Below, piece by piece: positions 58,748 through 64,000 of a stretch of DNA of 64,000 nucleotides (the stretch's first letter is position 1; every line of letters starts with the position of its first letter). The notes below the pieces were generated by a model. It did not search any database, was not told the origin of the DNA, and saw only the letters and a program-made list of their open reading frames with translations. This stretch comes from Oopsacas minuta (taxonomy: Eukaryota > Animalia > Porifera), in assembly GCA_024704765.1 (NCBI GenBank), contig JAKMXF010000066.1:627854-691853 (forward strand), read 5' to 3'. A program made the position numbers and the translations under genes.

Positions 58748-60613
58748 ATGAAAATTATTTATTTACTGGTGTGTTTGGCCACTTGGTATTTTGGGATTTT
58801 GATATTTTCTAATAACAAGAATTATGAAAAATATTTAGATAACAAAAATGTTAAGCTTCTGACAATAATCACAACTTTTGAAGATCTCAAAAGCTCAAGT
58901 GAAGACGATTACAGATTATTCGTACAATATAATTTCTTAAAGTCAACAAAATTTAAGATTCTACGCGAAAATGTTAATTTTGTGATTTACACAAATTCGA
59001 AAGAGATGAGACAATATATCAAGAAATATTATCCAAAGGTTTTTTTAAGATCAGAGCCGAAATCTAGCGTTTTCACTGTCGCAATGTTGAAACAATTATT
59101 CTTGAATGCAATGTTGGATATACAAACTCCATTCTATATGTATACCAACGGTGATATTCTCTATAACAGGAAACTCATACAAACAGTGAAACACATCAAA
59201 CAGCTGATGGACACAAAGTTAATAAGAAACAAACTTTTGATCATTGGAACAAGATCAAATCATATAATGACACAATATGTCAGTAGAGAGGGAGATATAG
59301 AGCTTTTAGCTAGACAGAGTCGTGTATTCATCAAAGACGCACAAGATTATTTCATTGTAACTCGCCACACAATAAATTGGGAAACATTCCCCGAGTATTT
59401 GGTAGGTAGATCTGGATATGATAACGCAATAGTTGATTTTTCCTTTAGAAATGAAATCGAGTTGATCGATGCTACAAACACTATTACAGCTCTCCATCAA
59501 TCAAATGTGAAAGGAGAATACCTCTGGAAGTATCATAACAACCAAGAGCACGGATGGAATGCTATATTTTGGGCGCCAATAATCCGACACCCCTCAACAA
59601 ATGAATCAAGATATTCCACAGAATTCAGAAATGGTGAAATCACTCTCTTTGACAAGTTGACGAATAAATCAATAGTTCTGGAATCTTTCCCTAATAATTG
59701 GATGAATTTCAATATGGAAACAATGCTCGATCCTTCACATAACGCACATCCAAATCTAGGCCCTGTAAAGCTAACAATTATAGTGCTAGCATATAATCGC
59801 CCTGAAAGTTTAAAAAGATTGTTATCCTCATTGCAAAGAGTTAAATTTGGCAAAGATAGAATAGATCTGAAGGTCATCCTGGATACAGATCTACACAATA
59901 GTTATGACGTAGATTGTCTTAAGGTGTTATACCAATACAAATGGATACATGGATCATTTAACATCCATAAGCATAAAACACATCAAGGAAGTTTGAATCA
60001 ATGGCTAAAAGCTTGGCAACCATCCTCAAATCGAGAGAGAGCACTGATCCTAGAAGATAATATGATAGTTTCAAGGCATTTCTACACAGCAATAGCAAGA
60101 GAGTTTGTAACACATCAAGATGACGTCACTGGAATTAGCCTAGAGCCTTCATTTATCACATATTACAAAAACAAACTCACTCCACGGGTATTTTTCAATT
60201 ACACAAACCGTGTACTGAATTTGTATAGGAATTCGGGAGCATTTATCCCAAGTACCAGTTATTGGAGAGATTTCTTAAAGTGGATGAAGAAAATTCCAAA
60301 GGATCTTGATACTGAGTTCTTAAAGCATGCTCCTGCATACCGACATCGTTTCCATGGTTACTACACGAATTGGTATGAACATGAGATTTCAGTTTGGTTT
60401 AGCTACTTTTCAGAATTCGTTCAACCTTTGTCTACTGTGTATTTGGGTAATATTGAGGGTTACCTCGCTACACGGCACTATTTCGATTCTAAATGGGAGG
60501 ATTTCTATTCTGGTCAGTGGCGTAGGGAATATTTGCTATTTAACACATCATTTTTAGACAACAACAACAACAACAACAGGATGAATCTAGAAATCTCTTA
60601 TTTGTATAAATAG
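58748..60613 (+). CDS. Type-II membrane protein with two GT-A-like glycosyltransferase domains, intronless
   Basis: N-terminal anchor. Domain 1: YMYTNGDIL...QDYFIV...GRSGYDNAIVD. Domain 2: IIVLAYNRPESLKRLLSSL...WLKAWQP...ALILEDN. Confidence 0.65.
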   Translation: MKIIYLLVCLATWYFGILIFSNNKNYEKYLDNKNVKLLTIITTFEDLKSSSEDDYRLFVQYNFLKSTKFKILRENVNFVIYTNSKEMRQYIKKYYPKVFLRSEPKSSVFTVAMLKQLFLNAMLDIQTPFYMYTNGDILYNRKLIQTVKHIKQLMDTKLIRNKLLIIGTRSNHIMTQYVSREGDIELLARQSRVFIKDAQDYFIVTRHTINWETFPEYLVGRSGYDNAIVDFSFRNEIELIDATNTITALHQSNVKGEYLWKYHNNQEHGWNAIFWAPIIRHPSTNESRYSTEFRNGEITLFDKLTNKSIVLESFPNNWMNFNMETMLDPSHNAHPNLGPVKLTIIVLAYNRPESLKRLLSSLQRVKFGKDRIDLKVILDTDLHNSYDVDCLKVLYQYKWIHGSFNIHKHKTHQGSLNQWLKAWQPSSNRERALILEDNMIVSRHFYTAIAREFVTHQDDVTGISLEPSFITYYKNKLTPRVFFNYTNRVLNLYRNSGAFIPSTSYWRDFLKWMKKIPKDLDTEFLKHAPAYRHRFHGYYTNWYEHEISVWFSYFSEFVQPLSTVYLGNIEGYLATRHYFDSKWEDFYSGQWRREYLLFNTSFLDNNNNNNRMNLEISYLYK

Positions 60614-61219
60614 AATCTGACTGAATTGTTGAAAATAAAAATTGGAAATTATTAAAACTCGTACTTCTTCCTATTTTCCAAAAATTCGTAGAATCGCTAA
60701 TACCTTACGCATACGCATAGATTCGTATCTTTTGCAATACTGGGCTATGTCAGTTATAAAGCAAGGAAAGATTTGAAAGATCATCAACCGTTGTAAATAT
60801 CAATAATTGACTACTCGAATGTTCCTTGTAAGTATGAAGCAATAACGATATTTGGACTAATCTTTTCCAGAATCAATCAAATTTATTATACTAGCTTTCT
60901 AAGCAATTTACCATTACCGGAATATATTATTGAATATTCAAAATTAACAAAATGCACATGGAATGGATAATATCTGCAATGTATGCATTGCAATATATTC
61001 TGGCAATGCTGAAGAATTTGTGGAATAAATGTATATTCAACATTCCTGAAAGGATACAAGGTGTTTATTAAAATAGCCAAGTGGTTGAGATTGAATAACA
61101 ATTAATTAGAAGATAAAAGTGATGATAAACTAATTTGTCTTTCTAAGTGTTAACTAATCAAAAATTGGAAGTATATAAGGTTTGGTATCGGTTTTTGAAA
61201 ACAAGTTTTTGAGAGAGAA

Positions 61220-61663
61220 ATGGGATTTATGACTGCAATTATTCTATATTTTGCCTTGCAAAGTGTTTACTGTTACAATGATGATGATGATGATCTTGAG
61301 CTTGTACAGAGAATATCTAGTTATGTGGGTTTAGCAATTCTCATGTTTGTTGTTATTTACATTTGTGGTTGTATTGTCGCGGTTTTGTATTTCGCATGGA
61401 AAGGTAGGTGTCGATGGGAAGAAGAGGAGGAGGAAGCAGCAGCTGACATAACGTCAGTTGTTGATATACGACCCCCGAATTATAATGATATTTTTAAAGG
61501 ACGGCAACTCAAGTGTTCGACTGATTCATCGGAACTCCCGGCATATGACGCGGTTGTTATGGGAAATTATCCATTTCCGGTCAATTCTAGATCCTTAAGA
61601 CGAGCCTCCAGAGCATCTGTGTCATCCAATCAGAATAGAAGCTCAGTTGTAATGGAAGTATGA
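61220..61663 (+). CDS. Type-I small membrane protein with PPNYNDI and LPAYDAV tail
   Basis: 147 aa: signal peptide, about 15-aa acidic ectodomain, TM, poly-E, two PY motifs. TATATAA lies 48 bp upstream. Confidence 0.8.
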   Translation: MGFMTAIILYFALQSVYCYNDDDDDLELVQRISSYVGLAILMFVVIYICGCIVAVLYFAWKGRCRWEEEEEEAAADITSVVDIRPPNYNDIFKGRQLKCSTDSSELPAYDAVVMGNYPFPVNSRSLRRASRASVSSNQNRSSVVMEV

Positions 61664-61772
61664 ATATTTTCTGGATTTATTAAATGTTATTAATATCAAA
61701 ATTTAGTTATTACAGTGAGACATCTACAAATGGGGGCTGTGGAAACGGAGTGAATAATAATAGAGCTAATTC

Positions 61773-62055
61773 CTAGTCACATACAAATGAACTTCCACAA
61801 AATGGGAAACAGGGTAGTAAATTCGGATTCCCTGGTTCCCAGTTTGTGGAGGTTACCCACTAGGATGCATTAACCAGTGAGTACTGTTATCAATCATTCC
61901 ACCAATATTGGCCTACCACGTATAGTTGGGCCAGTAGAATACTTGTACTATACGATATATACAGAGAACTTAGTTCAATAGAGGCTCCTCAATCGTGACA
62001 AGTGCATAGCGGCAGGTAGTACACTTTCCATGATAATCAAACTGGATCAAACCAA
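61773..62055 (-). pseudogene. Possible decayed C-type lectin domain
   Basis: Fragments in different frames with stops: GKCTTCRYALVTIEEPLLN*, ...WVTSTNWEPGNPN..C...FVCD*. They resemble CTLD motifs. Confidence 0.25.
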
Positions 62056-62217
62056 GTCAGCATTACGCGACACCAAATTTGCTATTCTGAAGTGATCTGC
62101 ATGATCTGAAAATATTTGGTGTAATAGATCAAGAAAAGACTACACATATTTGCTGTGAAGGTAATTTCCAACTAATATAACTTTGTTGTGTCTTGTTGAT
62201 AAGCAATAAAATAATTA

Positions 62218-63879
62218 TCAAAATATTAGATCACAAGCTAATTGCGATATAACGTCTGCAGGTATCTCTTCGCATGTCCATAATGTAGTGGGAAGATCAT
62301 TAGTAATCTCATCTCTTTGTATAATGAGAATATTCATTGAATAAAATGGACGATTATCCAATTTTCTACAATTTTTAGGATTCTGATTTTTAACTTTTTG
62401 AGGGTGATTTGGTGTATTCTTTCCTGATGGAAAAGATTTTGCTTTGTTTGCTTGAGAATTACTGATTTTTTTTAAACTAATTTTGGAATCATTTTTGCTG
62501 CGTGGTGGACTAACGTAATTTAAAATAGACAATTGCTTGCAGTCCGGAACTGAAGGTTGAGACTTCGCAACTTTTGAAATAAGCTTTTTTGAATTGTAAT
62601 CGTGTGATTGACTATAACATTTTGATTTGGTAGAAGTTTCTATTAGTTTGTTTGCAGAGAAATCTTGCGAAGAATTGGAAAATAATGCATTAGTCTGTTT
62701 CACTAGATTTGTTTCGGTTTTAAAAAAATTGTTTGGAATATTTTGTTTATCCCAAAGATCTTCATTCTTGTTTGGAGGATTGCAGCGATTGTTTTCAAGA
62801 ATTGAGTATTTATTGTTTGTTTGTTGGTTTATATATTTATCTTTGAAAGTGTGACATTTCGGATCCTGTAAAAGGGTTAATTCTTGACTTTGCGAAAATA
62901 GAAAATTTTGAGTGTCAAATTTATCGCATATTTGAGAGTTAAAGTTTTGAGTTAAGACAGGTGAATTTTGTAAATGAGTTGCCTGTGTTACAGGAATATT
63001 ATCTGAACAGTCAAACAGCATTGAAGTAAAGTTCAAATCCTCTGTTTGAGTGTTTGATAAGGACAGGGAACTTATGGGTAATGTCTCACTCAAATCAACT
63101 GAAGCAGAAGGTTGATTTTCTTGTGAAAAATATCCTGGATTATCCAATATTGTATAAGATTGTGTTGTTTGTTTGTTTACCATATTATTTTCTATGTTTA
63201 CTTCTTGAGATTTCGGCAAATGATCGTCTATCGTTGGTTCATAACTCTGATGATTATTACTACTGCAAGGTTGTTGCGTATTTTCGTGATTATCAACATT
63301 TCCGACTCTTTTTTTCCGAGTAGATTCAATCAAATTCGGTGATATATTATTAATCATAGTAGAATTCGCCTCTGATAAACTGCTTGTGGATTCCTTCCGG
63401 GGTAAAATAGGTCGATATTGTCTTTCAATAACTATTTTCCGCTTAGGGTTACGTACGGGAATCTTAGGTGTTATCATTGGATTAATACAATTTTTATCCG
63501 CTAATTGATTAGCACTTTGTAGCCTTATTACTAACTCAATTGTGTTTGTATACCATCTCTTCTTTTTCAAGAGTTTTTCCAAATCTGACTGTATTTCTAG
63601 GATAATATTAAACTGGCATTGAAAAGCTGATAGTTCTGATAGTTGTTGAGGGACTAACACATTTCTAGCGAGGTGTATACCCATGGTAGAGATCTGGAAA
63701 TCAATATCCTTAAACTTTTGTAACATAGAAGTTTGTAGCTGGAGAGCATCTTTTGTAATTTTCTCGAAAAGTTTTCTAATTTCTAAGAGAAATGATGGAG
63801 TTGATCTCAATCTTTGTTTTATTAAGGTTTCCAAGTCAAACTGACTTTTACGGATAGAATTCAACTCTCTGAGGTACAT
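62218..63879 (-). CDS. Uncharacterised protein: N-terminal helical/coiled-coil region plus disordered SQ/TQ-rich tail
   Basis: 553-aa ATG ORF. I recognise no family. Confidence 0.7.
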   Translation of the reverse strand: MYLRELNSIRKSQFDLETLIKQRLRSTPSFLLEIRKLFEKITKDALQLQTSMLQKFKDIDFQISTMGIHLARNVLVPQQLSELSAFQCQFNIILEIQSDLEKLLKKKRWYTNTIELVIRLQSANQLADKNCINPMITPKIPVRNPKRKIVIERQYRPILPRKESTSSLSEANSTMINNISPNLIESTRKKRVGNVDNHENTQQPCSSNNHQSYEPTIDDHLPKSQEVNIENNMVNKQTTQSYTILDNPGYFSQENQPSASVDLSETLPISSLSLSNTQTEDLNFTSMLFDCSDNIPVTQATHLQNSPVLTQNFNSQICDKFDTQNFLFSQSQELTLLQDPKCHTFKDKYINQQTNNKYSILENNRCNPPNKNEDLWDKQNIPNNFFKTETNLVKQTNALFSNSSQDFSANKLIETSTKSKCYSQSHDYNSKKLISKVAKSQPSVPDCKQLSILNYVSPPRSKNDSKISLKKISNSQANKAKSFPSGKNTPNHPQKVKNQNPKNCRKLDNRPFYSMNILIIQRDEITNDLPTTLWTCEEIPADVISQLACDLIF

Positions 63880-64000
63880 TTATGAATATTAACAATTCAA
63901 ATGTAGTTTGTATATTTCTGAATGTGAATTGAGTTATCTGTAATTCCATTCAAGTAAATTTGCAAAGGCCTAGTTATCAGGCGCCGAAATTCTAACCGCT

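Noticed and set aside
60886-61101. Candidate upstream ZFYVE26 exon on the minus strand
   Set aside because: No suitable acceptor and no resemblance to spastizin.

Overview
AT-rich, compact eukaryotic (animal) DNA with short GT-AG introns. The gene set and architecture suggest an early-branching animal, and a sponge (possibly a glass sponge) is my inference, not something the sequence proves. There are no rRNA, tRNA or CRISPR features. I spliced the multi-exon genes by hand. They are MEMO1 (runs off the window), a BAR-PH-ArfGAP (ACAP-like) gene at 1367-17480, CFAP36, a deoxynucleoside kinase, MED20 and ZFYVE26/spastizin at 30379-54614. Intronless genes are an RAI1/TCF20-like ePHD protein, CFAP65, an SLC52 riboflavin transporter, EIF2B2, a TRIM-NHL E3, BBIP1, NXF1, a double glycosyltransferase-like protein and an SQ/TQ-rich orphan. 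The window is dominated by nested genes. One 11.6-kb intron of the ArfGAP gene holds three complete conserved genes, and MED20 sits in intron 1 of the kinase. One 18.5-kb intron of ZFYVE26 holds about 21 small intronless membrane-protein genes on both strands, with 2 more in a nearby 2.2-kb intron. These small proteins are barely alignable, but ten consecutive genes all carry (L/P)PxY motifs. Most of these motifs overlap a YxxPhi motif, and several are paired with an acidic dileucine motif. This is the signature of NEDD4-recruiting endolysosomal membrane proteins. Five more genes form a TM-ectodomain-TM family with a conserved C-x7-C loop. The array shows tandem paralogs, shuffled tails, a frameshifted member and frequent TATA boxes. 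It is the best candidate for an undescribed system: a fast-evolving, intron-hosted cluster of ubiquitin-adaptor or IFITM-like effectors. Its function is inference. Many short non-autonomous DNA transposons (MITEs) fill the introns and spacers.
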